From contig JBBIJV010000002.1 of NCBI GenBank assembly GCA_037445815.1, positions 1 to 51,280 of the forward strand: a stretch of 51,280 nt of DNA, in the 5' to 3' direction. The DNA comes from Rhodospirillaceae bacterium (lineage in GTDB: Bacteria > Pseudomonadota > Gammaproteobacteria > Steroidobacterales > Rariloculaceae). The position numbers and the translations under genes are program-made. The first letter of the stretch is position 1, and each line of letters opens with the position of its first letter. The notes below the pieces were generated by a model. The model was not told the DNA's origin. It did no database searches and saw nothing but the letters and a program-made list of their open reading frames with translations. Positions 16,177-27,979 of the stretch are shown here, piece after piece.

Positions 16177-17697
16177 ATGGCCATGCATCGGTTGACGCTT
16201 GCGACGCTGACCGTCCTGGCGCTTGCGGACTGCGGCCGGCCGGCGCGAGACGAGGCCGCCATCGTCGCGCTCGACGCCTCGGCGCTGCGTGCGGAGATAG
16301 CCGCGGGGCGCGTTTCGGCGCTGCAGGCGACGCGGGCGTATCTGCAGCGAATCGCGGCGCTCGACGACGCCGGCCCGATGCTCGGGGCCGTCATCGAGGT
16401 CAATCCAGACGCGGAAGCGATCGCCCGTGCGCTCGACGAGCGGGCGCGCAGCGGCGGCCCGCTCGGCGCTTTGCACGGCGTGCCCGTGCTGCTCAAGGCG
16501 AACATCGATACGGCCGACTCGATGGCGACGAGCGCGGGGTCGCTCGCGCTCGCGGATCACCGGGCGAAAGCGGACGCCGACGTCGTCGCCGCCTTGCGCG
16601 CGGCCGGCGCGGTCGTGCTCGGCAAGACGAACTTGAGCGAATGGGCGAACTTCCGCTCGATGGACTCGACGAGCGGCTGGAGCAGCCTCGGCGGCCAGAC
16701 GAAGAACCCCTATGTGCTCGATCGCAACCCGTGCGGCTCGTCGAGCGGCTCGGCCGTCGCGGTCGCAGCGCGCCTTGCGCCGCTCGCCGTTGGCACGGAG
16801 ACCGACGGGTCGATCGTCTGCCCGGCCGCCGTCAACGGCGTGGTCGGAATCAAGCCGGCCATCGGCACCGTGAGCCGGCGCGGCATCGTGCCGATCGCGC
16901 ACAGTCAAGACACGGCAGGGCCGCTCGCGCGCACTGTCGCGGATGCGGCACTGCTCATGTCGGTGCTCGTGGAGCCCGGCAGGAGCGCGGCCGCACCCGG
17001 CGCTCCGGCGGCGGCTGCCGGCCTACGCGTCGGCGTCGTTCATGCCCACCAGGGCGCCGACGCCGCCGTCGACTCGAGCTTCGCGCGGGCCCTGGTTTGG
17101 CTCGAACGCGCCGGCGTGAAGCTCGTCGATCCGGTGGCGGCCGGTCTGCCGCCTGCGGCCGGCGAGGCGGAGCTGCGCATCTTGCTCGCGGAGTTTCGCG
17201 ACGATGTCGCGGCCTACCTGGCGACGGTCGAAACCGGACCGCGCACGCTCGACGAGGTCATCGAGTTCAACGCCGCGAACGCCGCGGCCGTGATGCCGCA
17301 CTTCGGCCAAGATTTGCTGCTCGCGGCCCGTGACGGCGGCGGCACGGCCGACGACAGATACGCAGCCGCTCTGCGAACGGCCGCCGCGGCGCGCGATGCG
17401 CTCGGCTCACTGTTCGACGAGCACGATCTCGACGCCCTCGTCACGCCGAGCGGCGGCCGCGCCTGGCGCATCGACTACGCGAAGGGCGACGAGCTCGTGG
17501 CCTCGAGCTCGAGCCTCGCGGCCGTGACGGGCTATCCGAGTGTCACGGTGCCCGTGCTCTTGGCGGACGAGCTGCCTCTCGGCGTGAGCCTGATCGGCAA
17601 GCCCGGCGAGGAGTCGGCGCTGTTGACGCTCGGCGCGGCGATCGAACGCGAACGCGGCCCGTTCCCGGAGCCGCGCTTCTTGCCGTCGATCGATTGA
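16177..17697 (+). CDS. Amidase-signature family amidase, probable lipoprotein
   Basis: ATG at 16177 gives MAMHRLTLATLTVLALADC, a lipobox. The amidase signature GGSSGGSA-type stretch is CGSSSGSAVAVAA, with GTETDGSI following. Confidence 0.85.
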   Translation: MAMHRLTLATLTVLALADCGRPARDEAAIVALDASALRAEIAAGRVSALQATRAYLQRIAALDDAGPMLGAVIEVNPDAEAIARALDERARSGGPLGALHGVPVLLKANIDTADSMATSAGSLALADHRAKADADVVAALRAAGAVVLGKTNLSEWANFRSMDSTSGWSSLGGQTKNPYVLDRNPCGSSSGSAVAVAARLAPLAVGTETDGSIVCPAAVNGVVGIKPAIGTVSRRGIVPIAHSQDTAGPLARTVADAALLMSVLVEPGRSAAAPGAPAAAAGLRVGVVHAHQGADAAVDSSFARALVWLERAGVKLVDPVAAGLPPAAGEAELRILLAEFRDDVAAYLATVETGPRTLDEVIEFNAANAAAVMPHFGQDLLLAARDGGGTADDRYAAALRTAAAARDALGSLFDEHDLDALVTPSGGRAWRIDYAKGDELVASSSSLAAVTGYPSVTVPVLLADELPLGVSLIGKPGEESALLTLGAAIERERGPFPEPRFLPSID

Positions 17698-17704
17698 GCC
17701 ACGT

Positions 17705-18415
17705 TCAGCCGTTGCCCTTGTCGACGTCGGCGAGCGTGTCGTAGTAGACGAGCCCCGCCTTCGCGAGCGGCTCGCGCATCTTGTAGATATCGAGGCCGAG
17801 CTCGCCGGCCGCGAGCTTCGCACGCTTTTGCTCCTCGTTCGCGACGCGCTTCTTGGCGGCCTCGAGCACGGCCGGCGCGTTCTTGCGCGGCACGACGACG
17901 ACGCCGTCGTCGTCGGCGACGATCGCATCGCCGGGGTTCACGAGCATGCCCGCGCAGACGATCGGGATGTTGACCGAGCCGACGGTGGCCTTGACGGTTC
18001 CCTTCGCCGAGATCGCGCGGCTCCAAACCGGGAAGCGCATCTCCGTGAGATCCTTGACGTCGCGAACCCCGGCATCGATGACGAGGCCGAGCACGCCGCG
18101 CGCGCGGAACGAGGTCGCGAGCAAGTCGCCGAACATGCCGTCCGTGTTCTGCGCGCTGACGCCGACGACCATGATGTCGCCGGGCTTCGCGAGCTCGACC
18201 GCCACGTGCAGCATCCAGTTGTCGCCGGGGTGCAGCAACACCGTGATCGCGCTGCCGCCGACGCGCGCGCCGGCGTAGATCGGACGCATGTACGATTGCA
18301 GCAGCCCCGTACGGCCCTGCGCCTCGTGCACCGTCGCGACGCCGTGCTCGCCGAGCGCCCGTACCACTTCCGCATCGGCGCGCTCGATGTTGCGGACGGC
18401 GATGTTGTTTCTCAC
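17705..18415 (-). CDS. RraA-family 4-carboxy-4-hydroxy-2-oxoadipate / 4-hydroxy-4-methyl-2-oxoglutarate aldolase-like protein
   Basis: Contains [15 protein letters not shown]...[11 protein letters not shown]...[27 protein letters not shown], typical of LigK/GalC-type RraA-fold aldolases. Confidence 0.8.
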   Translation of the reverse strand: MRNNIAVRNIERADAEVVRALGEHGVATVHEAQGRTGLLQSYMRPIYAGARVGGSAITVLLHPGDNWMLHVAVELAKPGDIMVVGVSAQNTDGMFGDLLATSFRARGVLGLVIDAGVRDVKDLTEMRFPVWSRAISAKGTVKATVGSVNIPIVCAGMLVNPGDAIVADDDGVVVVPRKNAPAVLEAAKKRVANEEQKRAKLAAGELGLDIYKMREPLAKAGLVYYDTLADVDKGNG

Positions 18416-18494
18416 TGGGCTTTCCCCTTCGACTCGTGCGGAAAATTGCCGCTTATACTAGCCGCCGATCATTAGAGCACAAGCCGGAGAGGCC

Positions 18495-19667
18495 GTGACC
18501 GACAGCGCCCCGCTCACTGGAATCAAAGTCCTCGACATGACGGAAGCGCTCGCGGGTCCGTATTGCGCGATGCTGCTCGGCGACCTCGGCGCCGACGTGA
18601 TCAAGGTGGAGCGGCCGAAAGACGGCGACCAGGCGCGGAGCTGGGGGCCGCCGTTCCTCGAGGGCGAGAGCGCGTACTTCCTCGCCGTCAATCGCAACAA
18701 GCGCAGCATCGAGCTCGACGCGAAACAGCCCGACGACCTGCGCGTGCTCGAGACGCTGATCGGCCGCGCCGACGTGTTCCTGACGAACAACCCGCGGCTC
18801 GAATCGCTGGGGCGCTTGGGGCTCGACCCCGGCACGCTGCGCACCCGCCACCCGCGTCTCGTCTACGGCGCGATCAGCGGCTATGGCCACACGGGCCCGA
18901 AAGCGAACCGCGCCGGCTACGACATCATCGCGCAGGGCGAAGCCGGCCTCATGGCGCTGACGGGTCCGATCGACGGCGAGCCGAGCCGTTTCCCCTCGCC
19001 GATGGCCGACATCTCGGGCGGCATCTATACGTGCATGGGCGTGCTAGCCGCCTTGTACGCGCGCGACAACCGCGCGACCGGCACCGGGGTCGGCCAGTTC
19101 GTCGACGTGGCGCTCGTCGACGCGCAGCTCTCGTGGCTCGCGAACATCGGCGCCAGCTATTTCGCCACGGGCAAGCGGCCCGTTCGCCTCGGCAACGCAC
19201 ACCCGAACGTGACGCCTTATCAACCCGTGCGCGCGCGTGACAAGACGATGATCATCGCCGTCGGCAACGAGCGGCTCTGGGCCAAGTTCTGCAAGATCTT
19301 GGGGAGCGAGGCCACGCTGATGACGGACCCACGCTTCGCGACGAACGCCGAGCGAAACGCGCATCGCGAGGAGCTGATTCCTCTGCTCGAGCAGATTCTC
19401 GCGCGCCGCGACGCCGCCGACTGGGTCGAGGAGCTCGTCGCGGCCGGCGTGCCGGCGGGTCCGATCAATTTCCCCGACGAGACGCTCACCGACGAGCAGG
19501 TGCTCGCGCGGCGCATGATCGTGGAGCTCGAGCATCCGCTGATCGGCATCGTGAAGTCGATCGCGCTGCCGGTACGGTTCGAATCGAACGGGCCGACGTA
19601 TCGGCGCTATCCTCCGCGACTCGGCGAGCACAACGCCGAGATCCGCGCCGCGGCGGCGTGCTGGTGA
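18495..19667 (+). CDS. Family III CoA-transferase (CaiB/BaiF family)
   Basis: The N-terminus is LTGIKVLDMTEALAGPYCAMLLGDLGADVIKVERP. The family hallmarks are NRNKRSI...YDIIAQGEAGLM. Confidence 0.9.
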   Translation: MTDSAPLTGIKVLDMTEALAGPYCAMLLGDLGADVIKVERPKDGDQARSWGPPFLEGESAYFLAVNRNKRSIELDAKQPDDLRVLETLIGRADVFLTNNPRLESLGRLGLDPGTLRTRHPRLVYGAISGYGHTGPKANRAGYDIIAQGEAGLMALTGPIDGEPSRFPSPMADISGGIYTCMGVLAALYARDNRATGTGVGQFVDVALVDAQLSWLANIGASYFATGKRPVRLGNAHPNVTPYQPVRARDKTMIIAVGNERLWAKFCKILGSEATLMTDPRFATNAERNAHREELIPLLEQILARRDAADWVEELVAAGVPAGPINFPDETLTDEQVLARRMIVELEHPLIGIVKSIALPVRFESNGPTYRRYPPRLGEHNAEIRAAAACW

Positions 19668-19700
19668 CTCTCGCCCGGCGACTCAGCGCTTCGCGGTCGC

Positions 19701-20573
19701 TCAGCGCTCCCAGACGTTCTGCAGATACGCGCGGAAGCTGTCGCCGAGCTCGGGATGGCGCAGAGCGTACTCGACCGTTGCACGCAGATACCCGAGCTTG
19801 CTGCCGCAGTCGTAGCGGATGCCGGAGAAAGGCAGCACGTGCACCGGCTCGTCGGCAAGCAGGCTCGCGATGCCGTCCGTGAGCTGAATCTCTCCGCCGG
19901 CGCCGCGCTGGGTCTTCTCGAGCTTGCCGAAGATGGCCGGGCTCAAGATATAGCGCCCGACGACGGCGAGCGTCGACGGCGCATCCTTCGGCGTCGGCTT
20001 CTCGACGATGCGCGTGACGCGCTGTGCGCCGCTCGGCCCCTTCTCGACGGCCACGATGCCGTAGCTGCCGGTCTGGTCGCGCGGCACGTTCTCGACGCCG
20101 AGCACGCTCGCGCCATGTATGTCGAAGTGCTCGCGCATCTGCCTGAGACAGCCGACCTCGCTATAGATGAGATCGTCGGCAAGGTGCACGAAGAACGGCT
20201 CGTTGCCGACGGCCTCTTTCGCGCAGAGCACGGCGTGGCCGAGACCGAGCGGCACACCTTGGCGCACGAAGATGCAGGTCGCCGTCGGCGGGATGATGTC
20301 GCGTACGAGCGGCAGCAAATCGTGCTTGCCCGACTCTTCGAGCTGGCGCTCGAGCTCCGGGTCCGCGTCGAAGTGGTCCTCGATGGCCCGCTTCGACGAG
20401 CCCGTGATGAACACGAGCCGCTCGGCGCCGGCGTCGAGGGCCTCCTCGACGGCATACTGAATCAGGGGCTTGTCGACGATCGGCAGCATCTCCTTCGGAG
20501 AGGCTTTGGTGGCCGGTAGAAAACGCGTTCCGCGGCCCGCGACCGGAAACACGGCGGTTCGAATCCGTGGCAT
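19701..20573 (-). CDS. galU: UTP--glucose-1-phosphate uridylyltransferase
   Basis: The internal ATG at 20573 gives [40 protein letters not shown]..., 290 aa. The upstream part of the long ORF is Arg-rich junk. Confidence 0.9.
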   Translation of the reverse strand: MPRIRTAVFPVAGRGTRFLPATKASPKEMLPIVDKPLIQYAVEEALDAGAERLVFITGSSKRAIEDHFDADPELERQLEESGKHDLLPLVRDIIPPTATCIFVRQGVPLGLGHAVLCAKEAVGNEPFFVHLADDLIYSEVGCLRQMREHFDIHGASVLGVENVPRDQTGSYGIVAVEKGPSGAQRVTRIVEKPTPKDAPSTLAVVGRYILSPAIFGKLEKTQRGAGGEIQLTDGIASLLADEPVHVLPFSGIRYDCGSKLGYLRATVEYALRHPELGDSFRAYLQNVWER

Positions 20574-20743
20574 CGATCTCTCTCGGTGACTGGTACCGAG
20601 ATCATACCTAACGCTGCGCCGCGGCGATGCGGCACCGGCGCTCCTTCGTTCCGGGTCGAGCCCGCCGCGCCCAGCGGCCTCGGGCTGGCGAGGGGATCGC
20701 GGGTGCGGGGCCACGGCCCCGCACCCAAACGCTCGAGCCTCGA

Positions 20744-21037
20744 TCAGCGCGCCGGCGGCGCCGGGTCGGCGACGAGGATGTTCCCCTTGTTGATCTCGAC
20801 GATCCGTGCGCCGATGCCCTTGACGCGCATCAGCTCCTCCGGTTTCGTGAAGTTGCCGTTCGCCCGGCGGTCCGCCACGATCGCTTCCGCGAGTGCGGGG
20901 CCCACGCCTTGCAGCTCGCTCGCGAGCTTTGCGGCGTCCGCCGTGTTGATGTTGACGGGGCCCGCGGCCGCGGCGAAACCGCCGCACACGAACGCGAGCG
21001 CCGAGCCGATCCGAAACAAGGTCGATTTCATGGCCAT
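20744..21037 (-). CDS. ComEA-family helix-hairpin-helix DNA-binding protein (secreted)
   Basis: [26 protein letters not shown] is the signal. [30 protein letters not shown]...ELMRVKGIG forms the HhH motifs. Confidence 0.8.
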   Translation of the reverse strand: MAMKSTLFRIGSALAFVCGGFAAAAGPVNINTADAAKLASELQGVGPALAEAIVADRRANGNFTKPEELMRVKGIGARIVEINKGNILVADPAPPAR

Positions 21038-21122
21038 TGCTCCTGAAGTTGAAGGAGCGGCCATGCTAGGCCGCGGCCTCGGGCCGAGCAGCCATCGAAT
21101 CTCGGCGCTTTGCGCAGTTTCG

Positions 21123-22307
21123 CTAGGGCCGGGCGAGCACGTTCTCGAGCGGCACGCTCTGAATCGGCCGCACCGTCTCCCAGAGCTTGCAGCTCGGGCA
21201 GTGCCAGATGAAGCGCTGCGTGCTATAGCCGCAATTCGAGCAGCGGTAACGCGCGTTCGCGAGCGCGACGCTGCGCAGCGCGTCGCCGATGCGCTGCATG
21301 GCTGCGGCGCGCGCGGCGGCGGGCAGCGTGCGGAGCTCGGCGGCGTTGACGAGATTCGCGAGCACGGGATGCTCGAACACGAAGCGCTCGACGGCCGCGG
21401 CGAGCGCGTTCGATCCGCCCAGGTTGCCGACGATCGCGGCGAGCGCGAGGTCGCGGTACAGGGTTGAATCCGCGGCGGCGAGCCGCTCGAGATAGGCATC
21501 GAGCTCGGGCAGGCGGTTAGACTCGCGATAGCACTCGAGCAACGGCGGCAGCACCTCGCTGATGAAGTGCCGATCGGCCGCGATGACTTGCTCGTAGAGC
21601 GGAATCGCCTGCGCGTAGTCGCGCTCCTCGCGCGCCAGCGTCGCGCGGATCAGCGTGCCGCGCAGGGCGCCGGATTCGCTGCGGACCGTGTTGCGCAGCA
21701 GCTCCCGCGCCCGAGCGCGATCGCCGGCGGCCCGCGCAAGCTCGGCGAGCTCGCAATAGTAGTGCGCCACCTGGCTCGACTTCCCTCCGCGCAGCATCTC
21801 GAGCTGGCGCAGCGCGTCGATCGCTTTCTGCCACTCTTGCTCGCGTTCGTAGATCGTGACGAGCTTCTCGAGAGCAGCCTCGGCGAGCGTCGTGCTGTCG
21901 CGCAGCTCGCCGAACAGTTGCTCGGCGCGATCGAAGAGCCCTGCGCCCATGTAGTCTTCGGCCAACGAGAACAGCGCCTGATGACGCTGCGCTTCGTTCA
22001 GATTCGGCCGAGCCAGCAGGTTTTCATGGACGCGGATCGCGCGCTCGATCTCGCCGCGCCGCCGGAACAAATGGCCGAGCGCGAAGTGCGTCTCGAGCGT
22101 GTCCTCGTCGACTTTCGCCATTTGCACGAACAGCTCGAGCGCCTCGTCGGTGCGCCGGTTCAGTACGAGATTGAGCCCGCGTATGTAGTCGGCGCTAATA
22201 CGGGGCGGCAAATCGCGGTCGCGGTCGCTGTAGAGCTTGTAGACATAGCCGATCGCACCGAGCGCGATGAACAGTGCGGCGAGCAGGAAGGTGGTTTCCG
22301 TCGGCAT
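21123..22307 (-). CDS. lapB: Lipopolysaccharide assembly protein LapB (YciM): TPR repeats plus a C-terminal rubredoxin-like zinc finger
   Basis: An N-terminal TM is followed by TPR repeats. The C-terminus is YRCSNCGYSTQRFIWHCPSCKLWETVRP. Confidence 0.9.
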   Translation of the reverse strand: MPTETTFLLAALFIALGAIGYVYKLYSDRDRDLPPRISADYIRGLNLVLNRRTDEALELFVQMAKVDEDTLETHFALGHLFRRRGEIERAIRVHENLLARPNLNEAQRHQALFSLAEDYMGAGLFDRAEQLFGELRDSTTLAEAALEKLVTIYEREQEWQKAIDALRQLEMLRGGKSSQVAHYYCELAELARAAGDRARARELLRNTVRSESGALRGTLIRATLAREERDYAQAIPLYEQVIAADRHFISEVLPPLLECYRESNRLPELDAYLERLAAADSTLYRDLALAAIVGNLGGSNALAAAVERFVFEHPVLANLVNAAELRTLPAAARAAAMQRIGDALRSVALANARYRCSNCGYSTQRFIWHCPSCKLWETVRPIQSVPLENVLARP

Positions 22308-22310
22308 CGG

Positions 22311-22601
22311 TCAGGTCGCCGGCGGGCGCGTGCGAAGCTCGGCTTCGACGTACTTGAGGTCTTGTTTCAGGCGCCGCTTTTCGCCGGCCGACCGCCACAG
22401 CGCGAAGCCCGCGGACAGCACGCCGAGCAGCCAGCCGGCCGCGAGCACGATGGTGAACGCCACGGCCATCGGCACCTGCTCGAACCGCGTGATGCCGACG
22501 TCGATGTCGATCGGCTCGGGGTTCGAGTAGGCGAAGACCCCCGTGGCGAGCAGCAGCAGGACGAGGACGGCAGCGAACGCGAGCCGGCGCAGCGTGACCA
22601 C
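22311..22601 (-). CDS. lapA: Lipopolysaccharide assembly protein LapA (YciS)
   Basis: A 96-aa two-TM protein directly upstream of lapB, with a basic coiled C-terminus KRRLKQDLKYVEAEL. Confidence 0.75.
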   Translation of the reverse strand: MVTLRRLAFAAVLVLLLLATGVFAYSNPEPIDIDVGITRFEQVPMAVAFTIVLAAGWLLGVLSAGFALWRSAGEKRRLKQDLKYVEAELRTRPPAT

Positions 22602-22630
22602 GATGTGTGTCCTCCCGCGTCGGCTGGGCG

Positions 22631-22933
22631 CTAGTCACGCACGGGCAGATGTCGAGACTGGTTGACTCGCTCGCGAAGGTCCTTGCCGGGCTTGAAGTGC
22701 GGAACGTTCTTGCCGGCCAGCGCGACGGCTTCGCCGGTCTTCGGATTGCGCCCCATCCGCGGCGGCCTGTAGTGCAGCGAAAAGGAACCGAAGCCGCGGA
22801 TCTCGATGCGCTGACCGTTCGCCAGCGCTTCGCTCATGAGCTCTAAGATGTGCTTGACGGCCAGCTCCACGTCCTTCGCAGGCAAATGTTTCTGACTGCG
22901 CGCGATTGACTCGATCAGCTCGGATTTTGTCAT
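22631..22933 (-). CDS. ihfB: Integration host factor beta subunit
   Basis: Translation is [11 protein letters not shown]...[29 protein letters not shown]. Confidence 0.95.
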   Translation of the reverse strand: MTKSELIESIARSQKHLPAKDVELAVKHILELMSEALANGQRIEIRGFGSFSLHYRPPRMGRNPKTGEAVALAGKNVPHFKPGKDLRERVNQSRHLPVRD

Positions 22934-22989
22934 CAGTAGGGCCTTTTACTCGATCACGGCTTGTCCCGCGCTCGGCGAGCGCGAAGACC

Positions 22990-24666
<1,677 letters not shown>

Positions 24667-24739
24667 GTTCCCTTCCACTTCCGCTCGGCATCCGGCCGAG
24701 GCGGGGTTGACGCGACGAACGGCGGCATCCTGCCCCCGC

Positions 24740-25441
24740 TTACCCTTTGGCTCGCTCCGTTACGACGCCCACACGTTCGAGCCACTGCAAGATGTGTGCG
24801 ACGACTTCCTCGGGCGTCAGACTCGTGGAGTCGATGACCTGCGCATCCGGCGCCGGTTTGAAAGGCGCCACCGTGCGGTTCGCGTCGCGCGCGTCCCGCT
24901 GCGCTATGTCCCAGGAAAGGTCGGGCAGGCTAACATCAATCCCCTTTTCTTTCAACTGCTTATGACGCCTCATCGCGCGTGCCTCGGCGCTGGCCGTCAG
25001 TACGACCTTCAGAATGGCGTCGGGGAAGACGACGGTGCCCATGTCGCGCCCGTCGGCGACGAGGCCCGGCGGCACGGCGAAGTCCCGCTGGCGCCGAAGC
25101 AGGGCGGCCCGGACCTCCGGGACCGCCGCCACCTTCGAGGCGGCATCGCCGGCCTGCTCCGTGCGGAGCTCGTCCGCGACGTCCTCCCCGTCCAGATAGA
25201 CGCGCTCGCCGGCTGCGGCCGGGGCAAACCGCACGTCTAGGCCGGCCGCTACGGCCCCCAGCGCCTTCGCATCCCCGAAATCGACTTGGCGCCTCAAGGC
25301 GGCCAGCGCCGTGAGCCGGTAGAGGGCGCCGCTGTCGAGGTAATGCCAGCCGAGCTTTTGCGCGAGCAGCTTGCCGATCGTCCCCTTGCCGGACCCGCTC
25401 GGCCCATCGATGGCGACGACGGGTACGGCCGGCTTGGTCAC
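24740..25441 (-). CDS. cmk: Cytidylate kinase
   Basis: Contains [35 protein letters not shown]. The GTG start overlaps the aroA stop (GTGA). Confidence 0.95.
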   Translation of the reverse strand: MTKPAVPVVAIDGPSGSGKGTIGKLLAQKLGWHYLDSGALYRLTALAALRRQVDFGDAKALGAVAAGLDVRFAPAAAGERVYLDGEDVADELRTEQAGDAASKVAAVPEVRAALLRRQRDFAVPPGLVADGRDMGTVVFPDAILKVVLTASAEARAMRRHKQLKEKGIDVSLPDLSWDIAQRDARDANRTVAPFKPAPDAQVIDSTSLTPEEVVAHILQWLERVGVVTERAKG

Positions 25442-26775
25442 GCAGGGCCACCGTCGGCCTCGATCGCGAGGCCGGCCTGCCGGGCCACGTCGAGGAACGT
25501 CGGGAACGACGTCGCGACCTCGGCCGTGTTCAAAATCTCGATCGATGCCGCGGCGAGCAGGCTCGCGACCGCGAACGACATCGCGATGCGATGGTCGCCG
25601 CGGCTGTCGACGGTGCCGCCGCGAAGCGAGCCGCCGGTAATCCGCGCGCCGTCGGGCCGCTCCTCGACGTCGATGCCGAGGGCCCGGAGTCCCGCGGCCA
25701 TGACGGCGATACGATCCGTTTCCTTCTTGCGCAGCTCGTCAGCGCCGCTGACGACGGTCTCGCCGCGGGCCGCGGCCGCAGCCACGAACAGGATCGGGAA
25801 CTCGTCGATTGCGAGCGGCACGAGCTCCGGCGGCACGACGATGCCGCGGAGCTCGCTCCGCCGCACGAAGAGGTCCGCGACGGGCTCCGCGCCGACCGTG
25901 CGCTCGTTGCGCAGCTCGACGCGCCCACCCATCTCGCGCAGGATCGTCAAGAGACCGACACGCGTGGGGTTGATGCCGACGCTCTCGATCAGCAGCCCGT
26001 CTTGCGCCGCGAGACAGCCCGCGACGAGGAAGAAGGCCGCCGAGCTGAAATCGCCCGGCACCTGCACCTCGCCGCCGCGCAGTGTCGCCGGGCCCGTGAG
26101 GGCGACCGTGTGCCCGGGCCCCGCGGACTCGAGCGCCAGGCGCACACCCATCGCCTCGAGCATGCGCTCGGTGTGATCACGGCTCGGCCCCGGCGAGCGG
26201 ACGGTCGTCGTACCGCTCGCGGAGAGCGCCGCGAGCAGCAGCGCCGACTTCACCTGCGCGCTCGCCATTGGCAGGGTGTAGTCGATGCCCGTAAGGCGCG
26301 CGACGCCGCCGATCGTGACGGGCGGCCGGCCGCCGGGCGACGTCGTGATCCGCGCCCCCATGAGCCTGAGGGGCGCGGCCACGCGCTCCATCGGTCGCAG
26401 GATCAGCGACGCGTCGCCCGTCAGCGTGCTGTCGAACGGCTGGCCGGCGAGAAGGCCCATCAGAAGCCGAATTGCCGTTCCCGAGTTGCCGAGGTCGAGC
26501 GTTTTGCGCGGCGCTTTGAGGCCGTGCGGCCCGACGCCCTCGATGCGCACCACGCCGTCCGCACGCCGCTCGATCGCGACGCCCATGGACTCGAGCGCCG
26601 CTTGCGTCGCGAGGCAGTCGTCGCTCGCGAGAAAGCCGCGCACCGTCGTCGTGCCTTCTGCCACGGCGCCGAGCATCAGCGCACGGTGCGAAATCGACTT
26701 GTCGCCCGGTACGCCGATCCGTCCGCCGACGGCGGACACCGGCGACGCACGAAAACGATTGGGATGGTGCGGCAC
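25438..26775 (-). CDS. aroA: 3-phosphoshikimate 1-carboxyvinyltransferase (EPSP synthase)
   Basis: Contains [20 protein letters not shown]...[11 protein letters not shown]...[11 protein letters not shown]. Confidence 0.95.
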   Translation of the reverse strand: MPHHPNRFRASPVSAVGGRIGVPGDKSISHRALMLGAVAEGTTTVRGFLASDDCLATQAALESMGVAIERRADGVVRIEGVGPHGLKAPRKTLDLGNSGTAIRLLMGLLAGQPFDSTLTGDASLILRPMERVAAPLRLMGARITTSPGGRPPVTIGGVARLTGIDYTLPMASAQVKSALLLAALSASGTTTVRSPGPSRDHTERMLEAMGVRLALESAGPGHTVALTGPATLRGGEVQVPGDFSSAAFFLVAGCLAAQDGLLIESVGINPTRVGLLTILREMGGRVELRNERTVGAEPVADLFVRRSELRGIVVPPELVPLAIDEFPILFVAAAAARGETVVSGADELRKKETDRIAVMAAGLRALGIDVEERPDGARITGGSLRGGTVDSRGDHRIAMSFAVASLLAAASIEILNTAEVATSFPTFLDVARQAGLAIEADGGPA

Positions 26776-26787
26776 GGCCGTTCCGAG

Positions 26788-27966
26788 TCAAAGGATGGCT
26801 TTCGGGAACGACCCCAGCACTTTGAACAGCGCCGCTTGCGCCTTCATCTCGTCGAGCGCCTTACGAACGCGATCGTCGTCGGCGTGGCCGTCGAGATCGA
26901 GGAAGAAGACGTAGTCCCACTTCCGCTTGCGCGACGGGCGCGACTCGATGCGCGTCATGTTGATGCCGTGCTTCGAAAGCGGCGCGAGCAGGTGCAGCAG
27001 CACGCCGGGCCCTTCCGTCTCGCGCGCCGAGACCAGCACCGACGTCTTGTCGTTGCCGCTCGCCGGAAACAGCTTGCGCCCCACCACGACGAAGCGCGTC
27101 GTGTTGTCGTCGCGGTCCTCCACGGTATGGAACAGGATCTTGAGGCCGTAGACCTGAGCGGCCGACTCGCCGGCCAATGCCGCCGTGCCGTCTTCGTCGC
27201 GCGCGCGTCGCGCCGCTTCCGCGTTGCTCGCGACGGGCACGATCTCGACGTCCGGCAAGTGCTGTTTGAGCCAGCCGCGGCACTGCGCAAGGGATTGAGG
27301 ATGCGAGCACACGCGCTTGACGTCGCGCAAGTCCTGCATGCGGCCCATCAAGTGCTGATGTATGCGCAGCTCGATCTCGCCGCAGATCTTGAGCGGCGAG
27401 GTCAGGAACATGTCGAGCGTGTGGATGTTGACGGTACCCTCGCTCGAGTTCTCGATCGGCGCGACGCCGAAATCTGCCGCGCCGCTCTCGACTTCTTGGA
27501 ACACCTCGTCGATCGTCGGCACCGCGAGCGCGTGCACGGAGTGGCCGAAGTGCTTGAAAACGGCTGTTTGCGTAAACGTGCCTTCGGGCCCGAGATACGC
27601 GACTTTCAGCGGCTCTTCCTGCGCGAGGCAGGCCGACATCAGCTCGCGAAAGAGCCGCACCATCTCCTCGTCGCGCAGCGGCCCCGCATTGCGCTCGACG
27701 ACCTTGCGCAGCACCTGCGCCTCGCGCTCGGGGCGGTAGAACTCGACGGTCTGCGTCAGCCCCTTGACGAGCCCGATCTCCTTTGCATACCGGGCGCGCT
27801 CCGCGATCAGACGCTGAATCTGCTCGTCGACGGCGTCGATCTTGCCGCGCAGCTCTTTGAGCGGATCATCGCCCGCGCGCGGCGCCGCGCCGGTCGACGC
27901 GCGCTCGGGTACGGCACGGCGCTTCGCCGTGCCTTTCGCCTTCTTTCCGCTCCGACGCTTGGCCAT
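26788..27966 (-). CDS. pheA: Bifunctional chorismate mutase / prephenate dehydratase (P-protein)
   Basis: The CM domain is LRGKIDAVDEQIQRLIAERARYA. The PDT domain is VAYLGPEGTFTQ. The ACT domain contains ESRPSRKRKWDYVFFLD. Confidence 0.9.
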   Translation of the reverse strand: MAKRRSGKKAKGTAKRRAVPERASTGAAPRAGDDPLKELRGKIDAVDEQIQRLIAERARYAKEIGLVKGLTQTVEFYRPEREAQVLRKVVERNAGPLRDEEMVRLFRELMSACLAQEEPLKVAYLGPEGTFTQTAVFKHFGHSVHALAVPTIDEVFQEVESGAADFGVAPIENSSEGTVNIHTLDMFLTSPLKICGEIELRIHQHLMGRMQDLRDVKRVCSHPQSLAQCRGWLKQHLPDVEIVPVASNAEAARRARDEDGTAALAGESAAQVYGLKILFHTVEDRDDNTTRFVVVGRKLFPASGNDKTSVLVSARETEGPGVLLHLLAPLSKHGINMTRIESRPSRKRKWDYVFFLDLDGHADDDRVRKALDEMKAQAALFKVLGSFPKAIL

Positions 27967-27979
27967 ATGAGCGCCAGCC

